Source: an uncultured archaeon (GTDB lineage Archaea; Iainarchaeota; Iainarchaeia; Iainarchaeales; Iainarchaeaceae). From it: a DNA stretch of 32,000 nt. The translations under genes were made by a program, and so were the position numbers. The notes beneath the pieces were generated by a model. That model worked only from the letters and a program-made list of their open reading frames with translations, ran no database searches and was not told the origin of the DNA. Where the stretch lies: the NCBI GenBank assembly GCA_964577555.1, contig CAZNZM010000003.1:5837-37836 (forward strand). Direction: 5' to 3'. Shown piece by piece: positions 8,100 to 17,596 of the stretch. The first letter of the stretch is position 1; every line of letters begins with the position of its first letter.

Positions 8100-8815
8100 G
8101 TTTTATTATTATTTTCATTGTAAAAAAAGCTTTTTTTTTATTGTTTTGTTTTTTTTGCGAATTGTTTTTTGGTATTTTTATTTTTTGTTTTTTTTGGCTT
8201 GTTTTTTTTATTTTTGTAATTAATTTTTTTTTGTTTTGATTAGTTTTTTTTATTTGTTTTTTTTGTCTTTTTTTCTTTTTTTTGTTTGGTTATGCAAGTC
8301 GTTTTTTTTGGTTTGTTTTTGCAAGCCATATTTTTTTTAGTCGAGTTTTTTTGTTTTTTTTTGTCTTGTTTTTTTACGAGCCGAATTTTTTTTGTCATTT
8401 TTTTTATAATTAATTTTGTTTTTGTCTTTGTTTTGTCTGGTTGTTTTTTTCAGATCGGTATTTTTGTTTTTTTTTGAAGTTTTTTTAGTTTTTTGTTTGT
8501 TTTTGGCGAGCCGTTTTTTTTGTCGTTTTTTTTGTTTGAAATTTTGTTTTTTTGGAGCCAATAAATTGTTTTGTTCGTTTTTTCATTTTTTTTAATTTTG
8601 ATTTTTTTTGTTCTGTTTGTTTTTGGCGAGCCACTTTTTTTGTCATTTTTCTTTTTTTGTTTTTTTTTAAAATTAAATTATTTTTGTTGTATTTGTCTTG
8701 TTTTTTTGGCCTGTTTTTCAGGCAACTGTTTTTTTTTAATTTGCTTTATTTTTTTTTTGGTTTTGGCTAGTCGAGTTTTTGTTAGTTTTTTTGAATTATT
8801 TTTTTTTTAAATTTT
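8100..8815. repeat. T-rich intergenic repeat island
   Basis: Repeated words ttgtttttGGCGAGCCGtttttttGTCG, GGCGAGCCACttttttttGTCAT, ACGAGCCGaatttttttGTCAT and gcaagccatattttttt. Confidence 0.75.
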
Positions 8816-8817
8816 TT

Positions 8818-9681
8818 TTATCTTAGATAGTCTAGTGTGCTTTCGAATATTCCTCTTGTAATGCCTGGGTTGTAGTTGAAGTATATGCTTTTTCCTATTA
8901 CGAGTCTTTTTTCAACAATTGCCGGGTAAGTCTTTCTGTCTATTCCTGTGCTTTGGATGTATGCTAATTCTTTTCCGTTTGATGTTACATCAAATGTTTC
9001 AAATATTGCGTCCCTCATTGGCTCTGCTGGGAACATGTCTATTCCTTCTAATATTCTGTGGTCTTCGTCTTCCCTGTAAATTTTTCCTCTTACTATGAGT
9101 TTGTTTGTGCATGTTGGTTGGTTGTTTACTACTCTGTCGCATTTTACTGGGACAATGTCGCTGAATGTGTTTTCCCAGCCAATGACGTCAAATGTGTCTG
9201 GTCTTCTTATTCCTGAGTCTCCTACTAGTATGAATCTTCCGCCGTTTTTTACAAATCTTTGTATTGCTTCGCCAAGTTTTTTTGAAACTGTTTTGTTTGC
9301 TTCTTGTGATTGGTCAAGCATTACTATTTTGTATTCTGCAAGTTGTTCTATTGGGTTTCTTTCTAAAGTGTCTGTTGTTTTCATGTGGTATTCTATAATG
9401 TCTCTGTTGTCGTTGAGAATGTCAATGACTTCTTGGCTGGTGCTTCCTATTATGAGCATTTTGGTTTTGTTTTTTCCCAAAAAATCAATTGATGTGGCGA
9501 GTGAACCTATTATTGGAGTGTGCCTGTCGATTATTCCGAAATTGAATGCCAAAAATAGTCCGATTATTAAAATTAGTACTAGTGGTATTACGCCTTCTAA
9601 ATGCACTCCTATTTTGTTTTGGATTGGTTCATCAAAGTCCGTTGCTGCTGGCATTTCCGGTTCTTGTCCGCCCTGATACAC
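8818..9681 (-). CDS. Membrane-anchored hypothetical protein with a GATase1/DUF4350-like soluble domain (tentative)
   Basis: N-terminal TM VIPLVLILIIGLFLAFNFGII; then KMLIIGSTSQEVIDIL, YKIVMLDQSQ, RFVKNGGRFILVGDSG. Confidence 0.65.
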   Translation of the reverse strand: MYQGGQEPEMPAATDFDEPIQNKIGVHLEGVIPLVLILIIGLFLAFNFGIIDRHTPIIGSLATSIDFLGKNKTKMLIIGSTSQEVIDILNDNRDIIEYHMKTTDTLERNPIEQLAEYKIVMLDQSQEANKTVSKKLGEAIQRFVKNGGRFILVGDSGIRRPDTFDVIGWENTFSDIVPVKCDRVVNNQPTCTNKLIVRGKIYREDEDHRILEGIDMFPAEPMRDAIFETFDVTSNGKELAYIQSTGIDRKTYPAIVEKRLVIGKSIYFNYNPGITRGIFESTLDYLR

Positions 9682-9835
9682 TGTTTTTTCACCTTCTACA
9701 ATTAACTTGTTAATATTTATTTTATTTGTTTTTTTAATACTTTTGTTTGGAGATATTAAAATCTTTTTTATATATAAATTTTATCGTTGAAAGTTTTTAT
9801 GGGTATGAATATAAATAATATTAATATTCAAAATA

Positions 9836-10027
9836 ATGTCGGGGTTGGTTTGTATGAAATTTACTAGAAGTTCTGTTGATTCTGGTCCTAGTTCTTCTAT
9901 AGGCATAATCAGGTTTTTTGATACTGATTCTGGCGGGCCTAAAATAAGGCCTGAATTTGTTTTGGGTTTTGCCGTGGTTTTTACTTTGATAATTGTAGCT
10001 ATTCAGCTTTTTACTAAAAAACCTTGA
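9836..10027 (+). CDS. Sec61-beta / SecG-type preprotein translocase subunit; start may be the internal ATG at 9854
   Basis: GIIRFFDTDSGGPKIRPEFVLGFAVVFTLIIVAIQLF, matching archaeal Sec61-beta (short cytoplasmic segment plus C-terminal TM). Confidence 0.85.
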   Translation: MSGLVCMKFTRSSVDSGPSSSIGIIRFFDTDSGGPKIRPEFVLGFAVVFTLIIVAIQLFTKKP

Positions 10028-10053
10028 TTTTTTTAGGTCTTTTTTAATTTTTT

Positions 10054-11067
10054 TTGTTTTTGTTGAGAATGGTAGGTATGGGAAAAGATTTGGAGAAGAT
10101 AGCCAGAAAAAATGTTTTGCGTGAAAGCGAAGATGTTAAGGGAACAAAAATTGAAGGTTATGATTTTGACAAGGGTGTTGATTACGAGGCTTTGCTTTCA
10201 AGTTATTATGCAACAGGTTATCAGGCTACGCATTTGGCTAAGGCAATCAAAATAATTCGCGAAATGATTGATTCCAATTCAACTATTTTTTTGGGTTATA
10301 CTTCCAATCTAGTAAGTTCTGGACTCAGGGATGTTTTCAGGTTTCTTGTTCAGCATAAAAAGGTGCATGTTGTTGTTACGACTGCTGGCGGTATTGAAGA
10401 GGACATAATAAAGTGTCTTGGGGATTTTGTTTTGGGCGACTTTCGCGCTTCTGGAAAGGAGTTGCGAAAGAAAGGGATTAATCGTATTGGAAATATTTTT
10501 GTTCCGAATTCAAGGTATGTGCGTTTTGAAAAATTTCTTCAGCCATTGTTGGAAGAACTTTATTCTTGCCAAAAGGAAAGTGGAAAAATAATTTCTGTTT
10601 CTGATTTTATTTGGAAGATAGGTGAAAAAATAAATGATCCGAAGAGTATTTATTATTGGGCTTGGAAAAATAAAATTCGGGTTTATTGTCCAGCCATAAC
10701 TGATGGAGCCATTGGGGATAATATTTATTTTTTCAAGTATTCTTACCCTGATTTTATGATTGATATTAGCGAAGATACTAAGCGCTTAAACGATACGACT
10801 ATTGGGCAGGAGAAAACGGGGTTGATTATTTTGGGTTCTGGCGTTGTAAAGCACGCGATTCTCAATGCAAACATGTTTAGGAATGGAGCTGATTATGCTG
10901 TTTATATAAACAATGCGCAGGAATTTGATGGTTCTGATGCCGGGGCTTTGCCGGACGAAGCGGTTTCTTGGGGTAAAATACTTCCAGAAGCTTCAAGCGT
11001 AAAGGTTTTTTGCGATGCCACTATTGTATTTCCTTTAATTGTCGCCCAAACTTTTGCTAAAAAATGA
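10054..11067 (+). CDS. dys: Deoxyhypusine synthase; true start probably 10072 or 10081
   Basis: FLGYTSNLVSSGLRD, VVTTAGGIEEDIIKC, GADYAVYINNAQEFDGSDAGALPDEAVSWGKI including the catalytic-lysine context SWGK. Confidence 0.95.
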   Translation: MFLLRMVGMGKDLEKIARKNVLRESEDVKGTKIEGYDFDKGVDYEALLSSYYATGYQATHLAKAIKIIREMIDSNSTIFLGYTSNLVSSGLRDVFRFLVQHKKVHVVVTTAGGIEEDIIKCLGDFVLGDFRASGKELRKKGINRIGNIFVPNSRYVRFEKFLQPLLEELYSCQKESGKIISVSDFIWKIGEKINDPKSIYYWAWKNKIRVYCPAITDGAIGDNIYFFKYSYPDFMIDISEDTKRLNDTTIGQEKTGLIILGSGVVKHAILNANMFRNGADYAVYINNAQEFDGSDAGALPDEAVSWGKILPEASSVKVFCDATIVFPLIVAQTFAKK

Positions 11068-11079
11068 TTTTTCTTTTTT

Positions 11080-11211
11080 TGTCTTGTTTTTTTTGTTTTT
11101 TTTTGGCGAGCCGTTTTTTTTGTCGATTTTTTTGTTTTTTTTTTAATTTTTGTTATTTTTTTTGATTTTTGGTTTTTTTTGTTTGAAATTTTGTTTTTTT
11201 GTCTATTTTTT
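11080..11211. repeat. T-rich intergenic repeat island between convergent genes
   Basis: ttttttGGCGAGCCGttttttttGTCGattttttt and gtttgaaattttgtttttttGTC, shared with the islands at 8100 and 15180. Confidence 0.65.
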
Positions 11212-14079
11212 TTAATTGAGTTGTAATGACATATAAAATTCTTTTTCTATGAATTTTTCCATTTTTTTATCGTTGGGTTGTACGTGTTTTATTTTTGTTC
11301 CGGTATTTTTTTCTATTTCGTTTTTGTATTTTTCAATAAAGTTTTTGTCTGAACAACTTATTTCCAATGTGACTATTTGGTCTGGGTTGAGTTTTGCGGT
11401 TTTTCTCATTTCTTGTATTCTTCTTCTAAGTTCCATGAGTTCCCATTCTTCTTTTAATTGCGTATCTGTTTCTATGTCTAGTAATATTTGTCCTTTTTGG
11501 GTTTCTTTTTGTGCGAATTTGCCTTTTGGACTTGTTTTTGTTTCTATAAATTCTTTGACGTTTGTTGAGTCTGCAATTATTTGTTTTGTGTTTGGGAATT
11601 CGTTGCCTGTTTTTGATATAAAAATCATTTTTTTGAGTGGCCATCTTAATCTCAATTTTTGTTCTTCTCTCAAGCTTAGGCATGCTTCAATTATTTCTTT
11701 TGCGTTTTCAACTTCTTTTTCAAGTTTTGTGTCTATCATTTTTTCATTTGGTTTTGGCATTGTTTGAAGATGGATTGATTCTGGGCTGTCTTTTGTTTTG
11801 TATTGCAGGTAATAGAATTCAGCCATGTGTGGAACTATTGGAGCCATTAGTCTTGTCAATGCCCAGAGTATTTCGTTGAAAATGTTGCTTAACTCTGTTT
11901 TTTCTTCTTTTGCCCTGTCTCTTATTGTTTTTATGTATGTTCTGCTGAATTCTTCTATTACGAATTTTTCTATGAGTTCTGTTACTTTGGCGTAATCGTA
12001 TTTGTTGTATTGTTTTATGACTTCTTTTTCAAGCGTGTTTAGTTTGCTTATTATCCATTTGTCTTCTGTTTTCATTTTTTTTGTGTTGAGTTCTTTGTTG
12101 TTTGGGAAACTCAATTCGAGGTATGTTGATGCGTAGTTGTAGCTGTTGTATAATGTGTTAAAGAATTTTGCAATGTCTTTGAATGCTTCCCAATCAAAAA
12201 GCATGTCTTCTCCTTTGAATTCTTTTGCCATGTAGTATCTGAGCATGTCTCGTTTGTGTTTTTGTATTATTTCTTGTGGCGAGACTATGTTTCCTTGGCT
12301 TTTTGACATTTTGTTTTTTTTAATATCAAGCACCATTCCGTGCATTGCTATTGTTTTGAATGGTTTTTCGTCAAAGCATATTGTGCTTGTGATGAGTTGT
12401 GAATTCCACCAGCCTCTTATTTGGTCTTTTCCTTCAACGTTGAATGCGGCTGGCCAGTATTTGTTGAACAATTCTTTTTTTGCAGGGTATCCTATGCTTC
12501 CCCATGAGCTTACTCCTGAATCAAACCAAACATCCAACACTTCTGGGATTCTTTTCATTGTTCCTTTGTTGCATTTTTCGCATTTCCATTTTACTTCGTC
12601 AATCCATGGTTTGTGAAGGTCTTTGATTTTGTCTTTGTAGTGTTCTTTGAGTTCTTTTTCTGATTCGAATACTTTTTGGTTTTTGCATGTGTCGCATATC
12701 CATATTGGCAGTGGTGCCCCCCAATATCTTTGTCTTGAAACTGGCCAGTCTCCGAGATTTTCAAGCCAGTTTCTGAATCTGTCTTTGCCCCATTCTGGTT
12801 GCCATACTACTGTTTCGTTTAATTGTATCATTCTTTCTCTTATTTTGCTGACTTTGAAAAACCATTGTGGGGTTCCTATCATTAATAGGGGTGTTTTGCA
12901 TCGCCAGCAAACAGGATAATCGTGTGTGTAATTGTGTTTGAAGACCAGAGCATTCATTTCTTTTAAGTCTGCAATTATTTCTTCGTCTACTTCTCTTGCT
13001 TTTTTTCCTTGGTATTTTCCTGCTTCTTCAGTCATTTTTCCGTCCAGGTTTACCGTTGTTATGATTGGCAATCCTGCTTTTGTGCCTGCGTCATAGTCTT
13101 CTTTTCCGCACCCTGGTGCACAATGTACTAATCCTGTTCCGTCTTCTAGGTTGACGTATCTTTCTGTCAGTATAACTTTGTAAGCGTTTTTTTGTTTTGG
13201 TAGTTTGAGATTTTTTTCTAAGGGGTTTTCGTATTCAATGCCTTCAATGTCTTTTCCTTTGAATTCTTTGATTATTATGAAACCTGCTTCTATTGCTTGC
13301 ATTAGTTGTTCCAACCTTTCTTTTGCAACAATCCATATTTCGTTACCTACTTGTGCTTCAACATAGTCAAAATTCGGGTGCACCATTACTCCTGTGTTGC
13401 TTGGCAGTGTCCATGGCGTGGTAGTCCATATTACAAGAAATTTGTTTGTTTCTTTTTTGATTTTGAACTTTACGTAGATTGATTTGTCTGTTTGTTTGGT
13501 GTATTCTATTTCGTTGTAGGCTACAGCTGTTTCACAATGAGGGCATACGTGCACTGGGTATTTTCCCAGGTAAAGGAGTCCTTTTTCATCCGCTTTTTTG
13601 AATGTCCACCATATTGCTTCAATGTATTCTTTGTTGAGTGTCAAATATGGGTTTTTCCAATCCATCCATACTCCGAGGTTTTCAAATTCGGCATTCATTA
13701 TGTCAATGTATTCTGTCGCGAATTTTCTGCATTCTTCGACGAATTTGTCGACGCCGTAACTTTCAATTTCAGATTTTGTTTTGAAGCCGAGTTTTTTTTC
13801 TACCTTGTTTTCTATTGGCAAGCCATGCGTGTCATATCCTGGTTGGTCCAATACTGAATATCCTTGCATTCTTTTTTGCCTGATTGTAATGTCTTTTATT
13901 ATTTTGTTAAGAGCAGTGCCAAGGTGTATGTTGCCTGATGCGTATGGCGGGCCATCCATCATGAAAAACCCTTCGCCTTTAGGGTTGAGTTTGTGTGCTT
14001 TTTCTGGTATTTTTTCTTTTATCCAGTATTTTCTGATTTCTTCCTCTTGGTTTAGGTCGTAATTTTTTGTGGTTGGCAT
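11212..14079 (-). CDS. ileS: Isoleucyl-tRNA synthetase
   Basis: PPYASGNIHLGTALNKIIKD (HIGH-equivalent), TPWTLPSN, WFFKVSKIRERM, KNKMSKSQGN, and DVWFDSGVSSWGS. Confidence 0.97.
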   Translation of the reverse strand: MPTTKNYDLNQEEEIRKYWIKEKIPEKAHKLNPKGEGFFMMDGPPYASGNIHLGTALNKIIKDITIRQKRMQGYSVLDQPGYDTHGLPIENKVEKKLGFKTKSEIESYGVDKFVEECRKFATEYIDIMNAEFENLGVWMDWKNPYLTLNKEYIEAIWWTFKKADEKGLLYLGKYPVHVCPHCETAVAYNEIEYTKQTDKSIYVKFKIKKETNKFLVIWTTTPWTLPSNTGVMVHPNFDYVEAQVGNEIWIVAKERLEQLMQAIEAGFIIIKEFKGKDIEGIEYENPLEKNLKLPKQKNAYKVILTERYVNLEDGTGLVHCAPGCGKEDYDAGTKAGLPIITTVNLDGKMTEEAGKYQGKKAREVDEEIIADLKEMNALVFKHNYTHDYPVCWRCKTPLLMIGTPQWFFKVSKIRERMIQLNETVVWQPEWGKDRFRNWLENLGDWPVSRQRYWGAPLPIWICDTCKNQKVFESEKELKEHYKDKIKDLHKPWIDEVKWKCEKCNKGTMKRIPEVLDVWFDSGVSSWGSIGYPAKKELFNKYWPAAFNVEGKDQIRGWWNSQLITSTICFDEKPFKTIAMHGMVLDIKKNKMSKSQGNIVSPQEIIQKHKRDMLRYYMAKEFKGEDMLFDWEAFKDIAKFFNTLYNSYNYASTYLELSFPNNKELNTKKMKTEDKWIISKLNTLEKEVIKQYNKYDYAKVTELIEKFVIEEFSRTYIKTIRDRAKEEKTELSNIFNEILWALTRLMAPIVPHMAEFYYLQYKTKDSPESIHLQTMPKPNEKMIDTKLEKEVENAKEIIEACLSLREEQKLRLRWPLKKMIFISKTGNEFPNTKQIIADSTNVKEFIETKTSPKGKFAQKETQKGQILLDIETDTQLKEEWELMELRRRIQEMRKTAKLNPDQIVTLEISCSDKNFIEKYKNEIEKNTGTKIKHVQPNDKKMEKFIEKEFYMSLQLN

Positions 14080-14103
14080 TTTGAATCAATTCCTATTTTG
14101 GTT

Positions 14104-14177
14104 TGGGAGTAGGAGGATTTGAACCTCCGACGCTTGGTGTATAAGACCAATGCTCTACCAGGCTGAGCTATACTCCC
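14104..14177 (-). tRNA. tRNA-Ile (anticodon UAU)
   Basis: Minus strand GGGAGTA-TA-GCTC-AGCCTGGTA-GAGC-A-TTGGT-CTTATAC-ACCAA-GCGTC-GGAGG-TTCAAAT-CCTCC-TACTCCC-A. 7-bp acceptor; 7-nt loop CTTATAC puts TAT at positions 34-36. Confidence 0.92.
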
Positions 14178-14260
14178 GTTTTTTTGGAATAAAATTATTT
14201 TTCTTTGTTATTTAAATGCCTTAAATTAGGTTTAAAAAGATAAAGCTATTTTTTTGCTTT

Positions 14261-14611
14261 TTATATGCTTTTATTGTTGTTTGTGTTTATTTCGAATTTT
14301 GCTTGTGTTTCTTTTATTTCTGTTTGCCATCCTATTTCAAGTATTAGTTTGCCTTCAAATTTTTTTGTTTTGCAGTCGTTGAGAGTATAATATTTTCCTT
14401 CTTTTATTAGATCAGATTTTTCACCCCATATTTTCACTATTATTGCTCCTGTTTCATCGCCAGCCAGTGCATCTGTAACTTGGTAAATTTTTCCTGTTTT
14501 TTTTGATATTACTTCTTTTGGCTTGAGTTTTTCTTCGAATTTGAGTGTTATTCCGATTTTTTCCATGTGTGGTTTTATTTCGTTTACTTTTATTGTTTGT
14601 TTGCAATTCAT
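14261..14611 (-). CDS. OB-fold nucleic-acid-binding protein (RPA/SOSS-B-like)
   Basis: TGKIYQVTDALAGDETGAIIVKIWGEKSDLIKEGKYYTLNDCKTKKFEGKLILEI has an OB-fold pattern. 4-nt overlap with the upstream gene. Confidence 0.8.
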   Translation of the reverse strand: MNCKQTIKVNEIKPHMEKIGITLKFEEKLKPKEVISKKTGKIYQVTDALAGDETGAIIVKIWGEKSDLIKEGKYYTLNDCKTKKFEGKLILEIGWQTEIKETQAKFEINTNNNKSI

Positions 14612-15147
14612 TTTTCTCTCTCTGATATTGTTTTCATTAAAACGTCCAATTGTGTGTATAGGTTTTTTTTTGTTGAATTGTTTATTATTTCGTATTCTGC
14701 AGAGTCTAGAACTTTTTTGAATCCTTTGTTGTGTATGTCCTGTTTGTCGCGTTCGAAGAATTCTTTTGGTGTTTGCGGATCAATTTTTGATTTTCTGTTG
14801 AATCTTGCGGATTTTTCAGAAGTTATTTTTACGTGTACGATTTTTGGAAATTTTTTCTTGAAAAATTCTATTTCTTCAATTGATCTTGGGCCTACTAGAA
14901 TTAGGTTGTCTTTTTCTTTTATTTTTTCGTCTAGAATTTTTGCTATTATGTCCATTCCTTTTTCTTTTCTGAGTTTGTCGCCTATTTCTATCATTCTTTT
15001 TTTTGTCGGTTTTTCTTTATTGGCTTCAATGTGTTCTGTTATTACTGAGCTGAACGTATAGCTTTTTAGTTTGTATTTTTTTGCAATGTATTTTGCCGCA
15101 GTGTCTTTGCCTGACCTTGCTAACCCTGAGATAATTATTTGAACCAT
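14608..15147 (-). CDS. P-loop nucleotide/dephospho-CoA-kinase-like protein
   Basis: IIISGLARSGKDTAAKYIAKKY Walker A; overall NMP kinase-like length and ILVGPRSIEEIEFFKKKF. Confidence 0.75.
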   Translation of the reverse strand: MVQIIISGLARSGKDTAAKYIAKKYKLKSYTFSSVITEHIEANKEKPTKKRMIEIGDKLRKEKGMDIIAKILDEKIKEKDNLILVGPRSIEEIEFFKKKFPKIVHVKITSEKSARFNRKSKIDPQTPKEFFERDKQDIHNKGFKKVLDSAEYEIINNSTKKNLYTQLDVLMKTISEREK

Positions 15148-15179
15148 GTTTTCTTAGTATTTTAGCATGGCATAATTTC

Positions 15180-15836
15180 TTAATTGGATTTGGAGGATTT
15201 TTTGCATTGTTTTTTTTTACCAGTTTTGCCATTTTTTTTGAAAATTAAAATTTGTCTTTTTTTTTGTTTAATTTATTTTTTTTGCCAGAGCCAAATATTA
15301 TTTTTTTATTTTGTTTTTTTTGGCGAGCCGTTTTATTTTTTTCGTTTTTTTTGTTTGAAGTTTTGTTTTTTTGCAAGCCATTTTTTTGCCATTTTTTTGA
15401 ATTCTTTTTTTGTCAAGCTGTTTTTTTGGCGTATTTTTTTTGGCAAACCACTTTTTTTGTCATTTTTTTTTGAATTTTTTTTGTGAGTCGTTTTTTTTTT
15501 TTTTGTAATTATTTTTTATTTAAAATAATTTTTTTTGTCATTGGCTTGGTTTTTTTTGAATTATTTTTCCAATTTTTGTTTTTTTTTGTTTTAGCTGCTT
15601 TTTGTTTTTTTGTTATTTTTTTGGCGAGCTGGATTTTTTTTGTTTTTTTGTTTGTTTTTGTGGGGCATTTTTTTCATTTTTTTGTTGGGTTGTTTTTTTG
15701 TAAGTCAATTTGTTTTTTTTTGTTTTGAATTTAATTAGTTATTTTTTTGCTAGCCAAGTTTTTTGTCATTTTTTGTTGTTTTTTTGGTTTTGTTTATTTG
15801 TTTTGGCTGGCGTTTTTTTTCGCCAGCCTTTTATTT
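15180..15836. repeat. T-rich intergenic repeat island
   Basis: GGCGAGCCG, GCAAGCCA-Tn, GGCGTA-Tn-GGCAAACCAC-Tn-GTCAT words; the last compound word also occurs at about 238-299. Confidence 0.75.
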
Positions 15837-17471
15837 TTACATGTCCATTCCCATTCCGCTTTCTGATGGCGGGTTGTTTGGGGTTTTGCTTTTTCCAGAA
15901 CCTGCTATTATGTCGTCAATTCTTAATAGCATTTCTGCTACTTCTGATGCTGATGCGATTGCTTGTGTTTTGACTTTTAGCGGTTCTGTTACTTTGTTGC
16001 TTTTCATGTCGTCTAGTTTGCTTGTATAGACATTTACTCCTATCCATTTTCCTTCCTTGTTTGCGTGTTTGCTTCTCAATGCTACTATTGTATCTATTGG
16101 GTCCATGCCTGCTGTTTCAGCCAAGGTTCTTGGTATGACTTCAAGAGACTCTGCGAAGGCTTCTACTGCTAATTGTTCTCTGCCTCCGACTGTTTTTGCG
16201 TAGTCTCTTAGTTTTAGTGCGACCTCGGCTTCGCTTGAGCCTCCGCCGTACACTATTTTTCCTATTTTTATTGCGGATGCTACTGCTCCTATTGCGTCTT
16301 TTACTGCTCTTTCGGCTTCGTCAACAACGTGTTCTGATCCGCCTCTTATGAGCAATGAGACGCTTTTTGGGTTTTTGCATCCTTCTACGAAAGTCATTGA
16401 GTCGCCTGATATTTTTTTCTCTTGGACTATTTTTGCTTTTCCAAGGTCTTCTTGTGTTAGGTCGTATACTCTTGACACTATTTTTGCGCCTGTCGCTTTT
16501 GCCAATGCATCCATGTCTGATTTTTTCACTCTTCTAACTGCCAGTATTCCTTCTTTTGCAAGGTAGTGTTGTGCTATGTCATCGATTCCTTTTTGGCAGA
16601 TTACGACGTTTGCGCCTGTTTTTTTTACTGTTTCAACCATTCTTTTTAGCATTGCTTCTTCGTTGTCAAGGAATGCTTGCAATTGTTCCGGATCTGATAT
16701 TTGTATTTTGGTGTCAGTTTCCGGGCTTTTTATTTCCATTGCGGCGTCTATTAGTGCTATTTTTGCATTTTCTATTTTTTTTGGCATTCCTGAATGTACT
16801 ACTTCTTTGTCTATTACTATGCCGTCTATTAGTTGTGAGTCTGAAAGACTTCCGCCAACTTTCTTTTCAACTTTTATATCATCGAGGTCTATTGTGACTT
16901 TTCCGTTTTCTTGTACTGCTACTTGTACAATTGCTTTCATGACAAGGTCTGCAAGGAATTCTTCTCCTTCCGCGCTTTTTCCAGTCATTGAAGTCAGGGC
17001 AATTTGTCTTAAGACGTTTTTATCATTTATTGTTATGTCTTCGGCCATTTTGTTGAAGTATTCTTTTGCTTGCTCTGCCGCAAGTCTATAGCCTTTAATT
17101 ATGACTGATGGGTGTATTTCGTCGTTCAATAGTTTTTCCGCTTTTTCAAGCAGGCTTCCTGCAAGAACCACTACTGTTGTTGTGCCGTCTCCTACTTCTG
17201 AATCTTGTGTTTTTGCTATTTCAACCATCATTTTTCCTGCAGGATGATCTATGCTCATTTCGCTTAAGATTGTTGCGCCATCGTTTGAAATTATGACGTC
17301 TCCTAAGTCGTCAACTATCATTTTGTCCATTCCTTTTGGCCCGAGCGTGCTTTTAACTGCTTGTGCAACAGCTCTTGCCACCAAAATATTTATTCTTTGT
17401 GCATCTCTTCCTTTTGTTCTTTTTGTCCCTTCTGGGAGAAATACTATTTGTTGATTCATGTCTTGAGCCAT
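15837..17471 (-). CDS. thsA: Thermosome subunit (group II chaperonin)
   Basis: [62 protein letters not shown], and a short Gly/Met C-terminal tail GMGMDM. Confidence 0.98.
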   Translation of the reverse strand: MAQDMNQQIVFLPEGTKRTKGRDAQRINILVARAVAQAVKSTLGPKGMDKMIVDDLGDVIISNDGATILSEMSIDHPAGKMMVEIAKTQDSEVGDGTTTVVVLAGSLLEKAEKLLNDEIHPSVIIKGYRLAAEQAKEYFNKMAEDITINDKNVLRQIALTSMTGKSAEGEEFLADLVMKAIVQVAVQENGKVTIDLDDIKVEKKVGGSLSDSQLIDGIVIDKEVVHSGMPKKIENAKIALIDAAMEIKSPETDTKIQISDPEQLQAFLDNEEAMLKRMVETVKKTGANVVICQKGIDDIAQHYLAKEGILAVRRVKKSDMDALAKATGAKIVSRVYDLTQEDLGKAKIVQEKKISGDSMTFVEGCKNPKSVSLLIRGGSEHVVDEAERAVKDAIGAVASAIKIGKIVYGGGSSEAEVALKLRDYAKTVGGREQLAVEAFAESLEVIPRTLAETAGMDPIDTIVALRSKHANKEGKWIGVNVYTSKLDDMKSNKVTEPLKVKTQAIASASEVAEMLLRIDDIIAGSGKSKTPNNPPSESGMGMDM

Positions 17472-17530
17472 TTTATCACCCTCCTTTAAATGAAAAAATC
17501 GCTGGTTAGAGAACTCAATCTCAATAAATT

Positions 17531-17578
17531 ATTGCTGGATATAAAAGTATTTAAATTTATAGGTAAATTGCTGGATAT
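17531..17578. promoter_or_regulatory. Direct repeat ATTGCTGGATAT upstream of the thermosome gene
   Basis: Perfect 12-bp copies at 17531-17542 and 17567-17578, flanking A/T-rich TATA-like sequence about 60-107 bp upstream of the thermosome start (17471). Confidence 0.45.
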
Positions 17579-17596
17579 GCAAGTAATGTGTTTTTT

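Noticed and set aside
8337-8561. Minus-strand Lys-rich ORF (MAPKKQNFKQKKRQKKRLAKNKQKTKK...), superficially like a basic histone-tail protein
   Set aside because: It is the mechanical reading of T-rich repeat words on the opposite strand (TTT = AAA/Lys); similar ORF tails arise from the other islands (e.g. 31187-31921 minus). No RBS or folded-domain signal.
11212-14079. HLGT in place of HIGH in IleRS as an anomaly
   Set aside because: IHLGTA-type HIGH variants are, to my knowledge, ordinary in archaeal IleRS, so this is not reported as unusual.
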